64,000 nucleotides of DNA, taken from contig SHYY01000002.1 of the NCBI GenBank assembly GCA_009692555.1, positions 19,158 to 83,157 on the forward strand. Direction: 5' to 3'. A program made the position numbers and the translations under genes. The notes under the pieces were generated by a model that did not search any database, was not told the DNA's origin, and worked only from the letters and a program-made list of their open reading frames with translations. Origin of the DNA: Myxococcales bacterium. GTDB lineage: Bacteria; Myxococcota_A; Polyangia; Palsa-1104; SHYY01. Shown in pieces: positions 54,835-63,998 of the stretch (positions are counted from its first letter, which is position 1; the number at the start of each line of letters is the position of its first letter).

Positions 54835-56748
54835 ATGAGGCTCCTCAAGATCGCCATCGCCAACGTCAACTCCACCGTCGGTGCGGTGCGCTCGAACGTC
54901 AACCGTGCGCTCGCGCTGGCGCACGCCGCGGCGGCCGACGGGGCGACGCTGATCGCACTGCCCGAGCAGTGCATCTCCGGATATCCGCCGGAAGATCTGG
55001 TGCAGTGGCGGGCGTTCGTCGACGCCCAGTGGGACGAGCTGCACCGCTTCGCCCGCGAGACCGCCAGCCTCGGCGCGGCGCTCGCGATCGGCGTCACCTG
55101 TGCCCGCGGGCCCCTGATCTACAACTGCGCCGCGCTCGTCCACCGCGGCCGGGTGCGCGGCCTGGTCCCGAAGGAGAAGCTCCCGACCTACAACGTCTTC
55201 TACGAGGGGCGCACTTTCACCCGCGGCGTCCCAGGCCTTTGGGACGAGCTCTCCGGCATCCCCTTCGGCGACCTGGTCTTCGACCTCGACTTCGGCACCA
55301 TCGCGCTCGAGGTGTGCGAGGACATCTGGTCGCCCGACGGACCGATGCGTCGTCGCTGCTACGCCGGCGCCGAGGTGGTGCTGAACCTCTCCGCCTCGCC
55401 CTTCCGGCTCGGCATCTCGGCCACCCGCCGCGAGATGATCGCCACCCGCGCCGCCGACAATCAGGCGGTGGTGGTGTACGCGGCGCTGGTCGGTGCCAAC
55501 GATGGCCTGATCTTCGACGGGGGGGGCTACATCTACCAGAACGGCCGTCTTTGCCACGATGCGCCGCGCTTTCGCGAGGGCTTCTCCGCCGCCACCGTCG
55601 ATCTCGATCGCACCCGCCGCCTGCGCGCCGAGAACACCACCTGGCGCACCGATCACGAGACCTTCGCCCCGCTCGCAGCGTCGGTGAAGCACATCCCCAT
55701 CGACGAGCCGACGGAAGGCCGCGATCGGTTGACCTACCCCGTGCCGGCCCACGGGAGCTTTTTCCTTCCGCCGCCCGAGGCTCACCGCCCGGCGCGGAGC
55801 GAGTTTTGCGAGGAGCTGCTCGATGCCCTCACCCTTGGCGTCGGCGACTACTTCGAGAAGATCGGCTGCTTTCGCACGATCGGCGTGGCGCTCTCGGGCG
55901 GGCGCGACAGCCTGCTCTGCCTGATCATCGCCCGTCGCTACGTCGACCGTCGCTTTGCCGCGCTCGACGAGGCCGGGCGGCGCGAGAAGGCCGGCGAGCA
56001 TTGCCGCGCGTTCTTCATGCCCTCGCCCTACTCGTCGCCCGAAACCACCCGCGCCGCCGCGGTCGCCGCCGCCGAGCTGGGCGTTCCGTTGGCGATCGTT
56101 TCCGTTGATGAAGCGTTCGAGCGCGAGCTTCTTGCCGTCGCTGCCATGCTCCAGCCCGGCGAAGCGCTCACCGCCGCCGCCCGCCAGAATGCCCAGGCCC
56201 GCGTGCGCGCGGCGCGGATGTGGACCTGGTCGAACTGCGCCGCCGGCCTGTTCCTCCAGACCAGCAACATGAGCGAGAAGGCGGTCGGCTATTCCACCAT
56301 CGGCGGCGACGGCGAGGGCGCCCTCGCGGTGATCGCCAACCTCCCGAAGACCGTCGTCAATTACCTGCTCGATTACCTCCTCGAGACCACCGGCTCGGAG
56401 GCCATCCGCCTGACCCTCTTGAAGCCCGCCACCGCCGAGCTGGCCGAGGGCATGGAGGACGAGAAGGACCTCATGCCCTTCCCGGTGCTCGACGCCTGCT
56501 TCGCCCTCTTCGCCGGCGAGAAGATGGCCCCTGGCGAGGTCGAAGAGGTGCTCCGCGCCCTGTTCCCCGACGAGGACGCCGCCCGCCTGGCAGCCTGGAC
56601 CGAGAAGTTCGCGCGGCTCTTCACCCAATCGATCTACAAGTGGGTGCAGGCCCCGATCTCGCTCCACGTCGGCAACCTCGACCTCGATCGCGAGCGCGCC
56701 CTGCAGCTCCCGGTGGTCGAGCGCGGCGAATGGTGGCGCCGCGGGTGA
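54835..56748 (+). CDS. nadE: glutamine-dependent NAD+ synthetase (CN-hydrolase domain plus PP-loop synthetase domain)
   Basis: N-terminal nitrilase-like LPEQ...K...CEDIW. SGGRDS PP-loop. 637 aa. Confidence 0.93.
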   Translation: MRLLKIAIANVNSTVGAVRSNVNRALALAHAAAADGATLIALPEQCISGYPPEDLVQWRAFVDAQWDELHRFARETASLGAALAIGVTCARGPLIYNCAALVHRGRVRGLVPKEKLPTYNVFYEGRTFTRGVPGLWDELSGIPFGDLVFDLDFGTIALEVCEDIWSPDGPMRRRCYAGAEVVLNLSASPFRLGISATRREMIATRAADNQAVVVYAALVGANDGLIFDGGGYIYQNGRLCHDAPRFREGFSAATVDLDRTRRLRAENTTWRTDHETFAPLAASVKHIPIDEPTEGRDRLTYPVPAHGSFFLPPPEAHRPARSEFCEELLDALTLGVGDYFEKIGCFRTIGVALSGGRDSLLCLIIARRYVDRRFAALDEAGRREKAGEHCRAFFMPSPYSSPETTRAAAVAAAELGVPLAIVSVDEAFERELLAVAAMLQPGEALTAAARQNAQARVRAARMWTWSNCAAGLFLQTSNMSEKAVGYSTIGGDGEGALAVIANLPKTVVNYLLDYLLETTGSEAIRLTLLKPATAELAEGMEDEKDLMPFPVLDACFALFAGEKMAPGEVEEVLRALFPDEDAARLAAWTEKFARLFTQSIYKWVQAPISLHVGNLDLDRERALQLPVVERGEWWRRG

Positions 56749-56749
56749 T

Positions 56750-58366
56750 TCAATTGCAGGGGCAGGGAATGCACGCGCTGGAAGGCATCTTGGGATTGCG
56801 GCAGAGGTCGAGGTTGGCCAGCGGCACGCATTGGCTCGGCGGCTGGTCGAAGTCCTCCCGCGCGCAGCACTTTTTCGGGCAAAAGATGAGGCAGCTGCTG
56901 AGCATCGGGTGGCAGTCACACTGGGTGCCTCGCCCGCCGTCCTCGAGCCGTTGGAAGTTGAGGTACATCGCGCCGCAGCTCGCGGAGGAGCCGCAGGATC
57001 CGCACGATCGCCCATCGCACAGGCAGACGCCATTCTTGCAGTAGGATCCTGCGGCGCAACCGCACTTCGAGGGAGCGCAGACATGATTGGCGCAGCTCCC
57101 GCTCATGCAGTCATCGGCCGCGCGTTGCACTTCTGGCCCTCGCCGCAGCGGTCGCACGACGGGCCGCCGCAATCGACGTCGGTCTCGTTGCCATTTGTCT
57201 TCGCGTCCAGACAGAGCGGGCGGGCGCCGCATCGGCCCGACTCGCAGCTCCCGCTCAGGCAGTCGCCGTCGCTCTTGCATCTCTTTCCGAGAACGCACTT
57301 CGGGCACGATCCGCCGCAGTCGATGTCGCTCTCGTCCCCGTCGAAGAGAATGTCGCCGCAGCTGCTGCAGATGCCGCCCTGACAGAACGGCGGCGCACAG
57401 TCGCAGCGGCTCTTGCAGGCGCGTCCATGGCCGCAGGGCAGACAGGCGCGGCCACCGCAATCGAGGTCGCTCTCGTCCCCGTCCTTCAGCTTGTTGGCAC
57501 ACGCGGCCGCCGTCGAGCAGATTCCATTGGCGCAGGTGCCGCTCGCGCAATCTTTGGCCTGCTGGCAATTCTTTGCGACGCGACAGGTCGGGCACAGCTT
57601 CCCGCCGCAATCGACGTCGCTCTCGTCGTCATTCTGGATGCCGTCGAGGTGGAGACATCCGGCGCACAGCCCAAAACTGCACAGGCCGCCGACGCAATCG
57701 GATGCGTCGAGGCACGACTTCCCGCCAGCGCACGTCTTGCAGACTTTCCCGCCGCAATCGACGTCGGTCTCGTCCTGGTTCTTCTTTCCATCGATGCAAC
57801 CGATGCACCGGCCGCCCTGGCAGATGCCGCTCATGCAATCCGGGCCCTGCTTGCAGATCTGCCCATCGGCGCAGCCCGGGCAGGCGGTACCGCCACAATC
57901 GATGTCCGTTTCGTCCAGATTCTTCACTCCGTCGCCGCAGCCGTTGCAACGACCTCCCTTGCAGACTCCGCTCTCGCAATCCATGGCCACGTGACACTGC
58001 TTGCCGCCGCCGCACGGGTCGCAATTCATGCCACCGCAGTCGATATCGGACTCGTCCGCATCCTGCGTTCCGTCGCCGCACGATTTGCATCGGCCGCCGC
58101 TGCAATGACCATTGAGACAATCGAAGTGGTCCTTGCACCGCCGGCCAGCGGCGCACCGCTTACAGTGCGTGCCGCCGCAATCAATGTCGGTCTCCTCGCC
58201 GTTCCAGTACCCATCCGCGCAGTAGTCCGTCTGGCATCCGGCCTCTCCGCACGCGGGCGCCGCGCGATCGACGGCGACGCTGTCGGGCGGCCACCAGCCG
58301 TCGTCGACCTGGCGACCGCGCCTGGCAGGACATCAGCGCCAGGGCCGAAATGAGCAGCGCGCGCAT
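56750..58366 (-). pseudogene. Cys-rich repeat lipoprotein (about 45-aa DGxxNxDETDxDCGGxxCxxC...DCxSGxC units) carrying two compensating frameshifts
   Basis: The signal/lipobox MRALLISALALMSC (ATG 58366) and the C-terminal DDCMSGSCANHVCAPSK... share one frame. The whole repeat region (about 58320 to 57120, including the 308-aa ORF) is in another frame and has no start codon of its own. Confidence 0.7.
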
Positions 58367-58547
58367 GGCGGTAGGGTGAGCCCTCCGCCGAGTCCTCTCA
58401 AGAGGGCGCCCCGCGATTGGCCTGGACCGCCCGGGGCAGGCTGTCCCCATCAAGGGCCCGAAACCGGGTCAACTGACCCCACCCGCGGCCCGATCGGCGC
58501 ACGGAATGGGCACTTTCGGTGGCACAACCGGTGCTAAGCTGGCCGCC

Positions 58548-59825
58548 ATGCGTGGACTACGCCTCCTGGCCCTGGCTACCCTGGTGAGCGGTTGCAACCC
58601 CGATCTGATCCCCGGCGGTGTGCTGCCCGACGGCGCCACCAAGGGGCCCCTCCCCGGCCCCGGCGGCGACCACGATCTCGCCGGCCTGCCGAACCCGGGC
58701 AGCGACGGCGGCGGCATGATGGCGAACCCCTGCCCCGAGGGCCAGCACCTGGAGGCGATGAAGTGCCTCCCCGACGAGTTCACCTGCGCCGAAGAGTTCC
58801 CCTGCCCCGGTGGCTTCGTGTGCAAGGGCGGCCACTGCATCCAGCTTCCCGGCCCGTGCGGCAACAACGACGACTGCCCGGTCGGCCACCTGTGCATCAA
58901 CGGCAACTGCGTCCCCCAGTGCCCGAACCCGAACCCGCAGTGCATGAAGGACGCGGACTGCAAGGCGGCCGAGGTGTGCATCGGCTGCGCGTGCGTGCCG
59001 ATCGACATGTGCAAGAAGCCCACCCCCGACCTCTCGGGCGCGCCCTGGCAGGCCCACCAGATCCTGCACCTCGACGAGGCGCTCTCCGGCTTCGGCGGGA
59101 TCATGGTCGGCATCCTGAAGAAGCTGCGCGACGGCATCCTCGGCTGCCCGAAGGGCTCGGCCGCCGACTGCTTCCTCTACGAGATCATCGCCCAGTTCCT
59201 GCCGCAGTGGTCGAAGACGCTGATCGTCGCGCTCGGCAACTTCGGCGACTTGATCGACAACCACAACTTCCTCGTCGACTCGGAGATGACCTTCAAGAAG
59301 AACGGCAAGCCGCAGGGCTACTCCACCGTCGACCACTGGCAGTGGCTGACCTTCAGCTACCAGAACATGATCATCCACAAGAAGCCGGAGGACATCGCGC
59401 AGATCGGCAAGCCGGTGTTCGTGAACTTCGAGTCCTCGGCGATCTGCGGGATCCTCTACGTCGAGAAGCACAAGATCGAGGGCGTGCTCTCGGGGATCCT
59501 GAAGTGGATCGTCGACACCTTCGTCGAGATCCAGACCAAGGGGCAGTACAAGACGCTCGGTGAGGCGATCGACGGCGCGATCGACTGCTCGAAGGTGCAG
59601 GACCTCGCGGCGAAGGCGGCCTGCTTCGGCTTCACCAAGGGCTTGAAGCAGCAGATCGACGACGCGCTCAACAAGTGGCTGCTCTCCTACTCGCTGATGA
59701 CGCTGAAGGGCACCGCCACGGTCGCCTCGGGCACCTCGATCATCGACGGGAAGTGGGACGGCACGCTCGGCAGCCTCGGTGGGCTGTTCAAGAACTTCAC
59801 CGGCGAGTGGACCGCAAAACGATAA
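58548..59825 (+). CDS. lipoprotein with N-terminal Cys-rich module and C-terminal globular domain of unknown function
   Basis: Start ATG 58548 (MRGLRLLALATLVSGC). K/I/F/W-containing, non-shadow composition. Confidence 0.75.
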   Translation: MRGLRLLALATLVSGCNPDLIPGGVLPDGATKGPLPGPGGDHDLAGLPNPGSDGGGMMANPCPEGQHLEAMKCLPDEFTCAEEFPCPGGFVCKGGHCIQLPGPCGNNDDCPVGHLCINGNCVPQCPNPNPQCMKDADCKAAEVCIGCACVPIDMCKKPTPDLSGAPWQAHQILHLDEALSGFGGIMVGILKKLRDGILGCPKGSAADCFLYEIIAQFLPQWSKTLIVALGNFGDLIDNHNFLVDSEMTFKKNGKPQGYSTVDHWQWLTFSYQNMIIHKKPEDIAQIGKPVFVNFESSAICGILYVEKHKIEGVLSGILKWIVDTFVEIQTKGQYKTLGEAIDGAIDCSKVQDLAAKAACFGFTKGLKQQIDDALNKWLLSYSLMTLKGTATVASGTSIIDGKWDGTLGSLGGLFKNFTGEWTAKR

Positions 59826-60016
59826 GGGCCCGCGAATGGACAACTCGATCGATGATCGCGGCCGAGGCGCCCGGATGGCGAGGCGCGACGACGGAGAATA
59901 CTCTCTGTATTTGACGGAGGAGCTTCCCCTCAAGACTACAGAAGGGGGGCAAGCCCCCTGAAGCCTGCCGGGATGGATCGGCCGCGAGGGCGACTGAGTT
60001 GTCCATTCGCGGGCCC
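59826..60016. mobile_element. 191-bp MITE-like element (family B, copy 2), inverted relative to copy 1
   Basis: Terminal inverted repeats at 59826-59846 and 59996-60016. Flanked by TAA on both sides. Begins directly after the TAA stop of the upstream gene. Confidence 0.9.
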
Positions 60017-60044
60017 TAAGGGCCGGGAATGAACAGGTCGGGAG

Positions 60045-60061
60045 TGTTTCGGCGCGCCTGA
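60045..60061. repeat. 17-nt exact copy of the tRNA-Arg 3' end plus its downstream flank (TGTTTCGGCGCGCCTGA)
   Basis: Identical to 62843-62859, which spans the last 9 nt of tRNA-Arg and the 8 nt beyond it. Confidence 0.8.
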
Positions 60062-60106
60062 AGGGAATCGCAGCGATTCGAGGAGCGGTGCGGTAGTATT
60101 CGCCCC

Positions 60107-62733
60107 ATGGACGTGCCGGGGTTGGCGGTCGGGCGCTGCTTCGGCGGTCGCTACCGTTCGGAGCGGCTGCTCAAGACCGGACAGGGCATCGAGACGCACC
60201 TCGGGACCGAGGTGACCACCGGCGATCCGGTGGTCATCAAGGTTACCGACGCCGCGACCTATTCCAGCGGCGCCGCGATGCGCCTCGAGCACGAGGCCGA
60301 GGTGCTGCGTCACCTGCAGACGCCGCTGGTCGCGCCGCTCCTTTTCTTCGGCCGGGATGCGGGCTCGCTCTATCTGGTCATGCCGTTCGTACCCGGCGTC
60401 ACCCTCGCGGAGCGCCTCCACGGGGAGCGGCTCGGGGTGGCGGGCGCGCTCGCGCTCGGGCGCGCGCTCCTGGGCGCCCTCGCGGAGGCCCACGAACACG
60501 GCGTCCTCCACCGCGACGTGAAGCCCGCGAACCTGATCGTCGACGAGCGGGGGCGATCGCGCGCGCCGTCCTGATCGACTTCGGCCTCGCAAGGAGCGCC
60601 CGCCTGGACGCCGCCATCCGCGACCAGCTGGTCGGCACCGCCCGTTACATCTCGCCCGAGCAGGCCGGCCTGGTCGACGAGGACGTCGACGCGCGCTCGG
60701 ACCTCTACTCGGCCGGAGTCGTGCTGTACGAGTGCCTCGCGGGGCACCCCCCGTTCGGCGGAGACAGCATCGGCGAGGTGCTGCGGATGCACCTGTCGGC
60801 CCGCCCGGCCGGGCTGCGCACCCTCGACCCGGAGGTGCCGCGCGCGCTCGACGAGGTCGTGCAGCGGCTGCTCCGGAAGGATCCGCGCGATCGCTGCCAG
60901 ACCGCGCGCGCCGCGCTGTTTGATCTCGAAGCGATCGCCTCGGCCGTTGCGGGCGGCGACCGTGATCCCGCGATCGCCGTGGGCGCGCACGACTGGCGAC
61001 GCACGCTGACCGAGCCCGCCTTCGTGGGGCGCCAGGGCGAGCTCGTGGCGCTGGCAGCGCAGCTCGCGCGCGCGCGCCTCGGCCGGAGCGGACTGGCGCT
61101 CGTCGAAGCGCAGTCGGGCGGTGGCAAGACCCGGCTGCTGGGCGAGTTCGCCCTCCAGGCCCTGCGCGCGGGCGCGCTGGTGCTGCGCGGTCAGGGCGTC
61201 GATCATGCGGCACGGCGGCCGTTCCAGCTCCTCGTCGGCGTGGCCGCCGATCTCGCACGCGCAGCGACGGGCGAACCCGGCCTGGCCGCGCACCTCCGCG
61301 TGCAGCTCGGGGAGAGCGCGAACGCCGCCGCCGCGGCGCTCCCGGAGCTCCGCGCGCTGCCCGCGCCCACGCCCGGCGAGCCGGTTGGCCCCGAGACCTT
61401 CGCCGAGGCCCGCACGATCCGCGCGCTCTGTGCCCTCCTCGACGCGCTGGGCACACCGGAACGCCCGGCCCTCGTGCTGCTCGACGACGGCCAGTGGGCC
61501 GACGGCCTCACCCTCAAGCTGCTCGCCGAATGGAGCCGGCGCGGCGCCGACCGGCGCCACTCGGTGCTGGTCGTGGTCGCTTTCCGCTCGGAGGAGGCGC
61601 CCGCCAACCACCTGTTGCGCAAGCTGAATCCGTCGCTGGCGCTCGAGCTGCCGCCGCTGCCCCAGGAGGACCTCCGGCAGCTCGCAGCGTCGATGGCCGG
61701 CCCGCTCCCCGGCGAGATCCATGACCTCGTCGCCGGGCTCGCGGAGGGCAGCCCCTTCATGGTCTCCGCGGTCCTGCGGGGCCTGTCCGAGTCCGGTGCG
61801 CTCGTCGCCGAGGTGCAGGGCTGGCGCGTCGAGCCGCTGGCGCTCGAGGACGTCCGCTCCTCGCGGCACGCCGCGGCATTCCTCGCGCGGCGCATCGAGC
61901 TCCTGCCGCCGGACGCGCTGGCGATCCTCGAGGTGGGGGCGGTGCTGGGCAAGGAGTTCGACGTCGCGCTCGCCGCCTCGCTGGCGGAGCAGAGTTCGCC
62001 CCGGGCGATCGCGGCCATCGACGAGGCGCGAAGGCGGCACATCCTCTGGATGCGAGACCTCGGCGCGCGGTGCGCGTTCGTCCACGACCGTCTCCGCGAG
62101 GCCTTGCTCGCACGCATCTCGCCCGAGCGGCTGCGCGCGCTCCACCTCGCGGCGGCGCAGCGCCTGGAGGTGTCGTCCCGAGATCGGGTGTTCGAGCTCG
62201 CCTACCACTTCGACGCCGCGGGCGACGCCACGCGCGCTCTCCCGTATGCGCTCGCCGCCGCCGCCGACGCCCGCGCCCGCCACGCGCTGACCGTCGCCGA
62301 GGACCAATACCGGATCGCCGCGCGCGGGGCGGCGGCGTCCGAGGCGGCGGTGCGCCGGACGATCCACGAGGGGCTGGGCGACGTGCTCATGCTCCGCGGC
62401 CGCTACGAGGCGGCGGCGGGCGCGTTCGAGGCCGCGCGCGAGCTGTGCGCCGGCGCGGTCGCGCGCGCCGAGGTGGAGGTCACGAGCGACGCCATCACCG
62501 CGCGCCTGTGCGTGCGCGACCACGGCATCGGAATCGCCCCCGAGGATCAGGCGAGGATCTTCGAGCGCTTCGAGCGCGCGGTGTCGCTGCGCAGCTACGG
62601 CGGCCTCGGCCTCGGGCTGTGGATCACCCGCGAGATCGTCGCCGCGATGGGCGGGCAGATCCGCGTCGAGAGCCGCCCGGGCGAAGGTTCGGCCTTCCAC
62701 CTCGAGCTGCCGCGCGCGCAGCCCCTCACGTGA
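60107..62733 (+). pseudogene. Ser/Thr kinase / P-loop NTPase / TPR-like / truncated histidine-kinase ATPase fusion, frameshifted in the kinase domain
   Basis: HRDVKPANLIVDERG ends in a premature stop at 60572-60574. The next frame continues RAVLIDFGLARS...SPEQ...YECLAGHPPF. The shift maps to a G5 run at 60549-60553. The C-terminus keeps only DHGIGI and GGLGLGL boxes, with no HisKA. Confidence 0.8.
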
Positions 62734-62759
62734 CGGCCTGCGCGGTGCGGACTTGCGAG

Positions 62760-62836
62760 TGGGGTGGATGACGGGGTTCGAACCCGCGACGACCGGCTCC
62801 ACAGGCCGGTGCTCTACCAGCTGAGCTACACCCACC
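62760..62836 (-). tRNA. tRNA-His (anticodon GTG) with genome-encoded G-1 and CCA
   Basis: Reverse complement reads G-GTGGGTG-TA-GCTC...CCGGC-CTGTGGA-GCCGG...GGGTTCGAACCCC...CATCCAC-C-CCA. The cloverleaf stems pair. Confidence 0.93.
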
Positions 62837-62850
62837 AGAAACTGTTTCGG

Positions 62851-62924
62851 CGCGCCTGAGAGGACTCGAACCTCCGACCAACGGCTTAGAAGGCCGCTGC
62901 TCTATCCACCTGAGCTACAGGCGC
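62851..62924 (-). tRNA. tRNA-Arg (anticodon TCT), CCA not encoded
   Basis: Reverse complement reads GCGCCTG-TA-GCTC-AGGTGGATA-GAGC-A-GCGGC-CTTCTAA-GCCGT-TGGTC-GGAGG-TTCGAGT-CCTCT-CAGGCGC-G. Confidence 0.93.
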
Positions 62925-62992
62925 AGGCGATGTTCGGTTCGCGACGTGACCGCGAAGGTATGCCGCAGGTGGGCGCGGCGCGTCAAGGTGAA

Positions 62993-63595
62993 TCATTGAG
63001 TTTGTTGACCCGCCGGCGCGGGCTGCTCTGCAGAGCCGGCGGGCGCAGGGTAGGCGAGATCACCGCAGGTCGCGCCCAGGCTGCCGACCGCGTCGTTGTA
63101 GTAGTTCATCGCATCGACGGCGTGACCGTTGGCGCGGTTGCGGTGCAGGCGCCCGAGCCCGGCAAAGAGCGCGCCGACCAGCAGCGATCCCACCCCGGCG
63201 CCGAGCCACGGAAGCAGGCTGGACGCGCGCGCCTCGGTCTCCGGTGGGCGCACCCCGTACTCCACGATCGCGCCGGTCGCACCGACGGCGATTCCCGCCC
63301 CCGCGAACAGCGCGCCGATCACCGAGAGAGCGATCGCGCTGCGCCCGGAGTGGCTCGCCTCGCGCGCCTGCAGGGCGGCCTCGGGGACGCAGCGGACGTG
63401 CTCTGCGAGGCCGCGCCAGGGCAGTGAGCGCGCCACCGTGCGCCCGCCCGCCACCATCTCGTAGCCGCCGTCGTAGCGCAGGGTCAGCTCGCCGCGCGCC
63501 ACCACTTGCGGCGTGTAGTAGGTGCTGCCGACGCAACCGGAGGTGCCAGCGGCGACCCCCGCAGCGACGAGCAGCGCACAGAGGCGACCGCTCAC
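62993..63595 (-). CDS. hypothetical lipoprotein with C-terminal TM segments
   Basis: GTG 63595 preceded by GGGAGG. Lipobox AGTSGC. The first 37 codons of the track ORF are rejected. Confidence 0.65.
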   Translation of the reverse strand: MSGRLCALLVAAGVAAGTSGCVGSTYYTPQVVARGELTLRYDGGYEMVAGGRTVARSLPWRGLAEHVRCVPEAALQAREASHSGRSAIALSVIGALFAGAGIAVGATGAIVEYGVRPPETEARASSLLPWLGAGVGSLLVGALFAGLGRLHRNRANGHAVDAMNYYNDAVGSLGATCGDLAYPAPAGSAEQPAPAGQQTQ

Positions 63596-63596
63596 C

Positions 63597-63998
63597 TCAA
63601 CCTCCCTGGCCCGGCCAGGCGCACGGCGAGCCGGGCGTGCGCGCGAGGTCGTTGTAGACGTTCGTCCAGTCGATCGCCTCGGGGGACTTGTCGGTCTCGG
63701 GGTCATCGAGCGCCATCCAGAAGTCGATCGCCACCAGGGTGACCATCGCCGCCACCACGAAGATCACCAGGAGGATCGCCGCGCCCTCCTTGTTCCCGCC
63801 CAGGTCCAGCGACGGCAGGGAGCTCCCCGGCGAACCGCCCGACCCGCCGCCGAGGCGCGCGCCATGAAGCGTCGGCACGAACAGCGGTGGGTGGGGCAGA
63901 CGCGGGGCGAGCCCGGGCGTGACGACGACGATCGGCGGCCCGTAGTAGCGCGGTGCCCACACCCGCCTCTGCACCGGGTAGCTCGGCGAGAGCTGCAC
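63597..63998 (-). CDS. hypothetical membrane protein (may extend beyond the window edge)
   Basis: ORF reaches the window end. One clear TM segment (AAILLVIFVVAAMVTLVAIDFW). Its stop lies 1 nt from the start of the downstream gene. Confidence 0.5.
   Translation of the reverse strand: MQLSPSYPVQRRVWAPRYYGPPIVVVTPGLAPRLPHPPLFVPTLHGARLGGGSGGSPGSSLPSLDLGGNKEGAAILLVIFVVAAMVTLVAIDFWMALDDPETDKSPEAIDWTNVYNDLARTPGSPCAWPGQGG

Noticed and set aside
54670-57084. 804-aa minus-strand ORF
   Set aside because: It lies antisense to nadE, whose SGGRDS PP-loop and CN-hydrolase motifs are clear.
59826-60016. 191-bp inverted-repeat-bounded elements as retron msr/msd loci (myxobacteria are rich in retrons)
   Set aside because: No reverse transcriptase gene lies next to either copy. 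The terminal repeats are 21-bp perfect inverted repeats with TA/TAA flanks, which is more consistent with a MITE.
60370-62835. 821-aa minus-strand ORF
   Set aside because: It lies antisense to the kinase/NTPase fusion, and its first codons run through tRNA-His. It is a shadow ORF.
62955-62986. Candidate promoter for the tRNA-Arg/tRNA-His pair (TTGACG ... CATACC/TACCTT on the minus strand)
   Set aside because: The -35 hexamer is good, but the spacer would be 18-20 nt and the -10 is weak. That is not enough support to list it as a feature.
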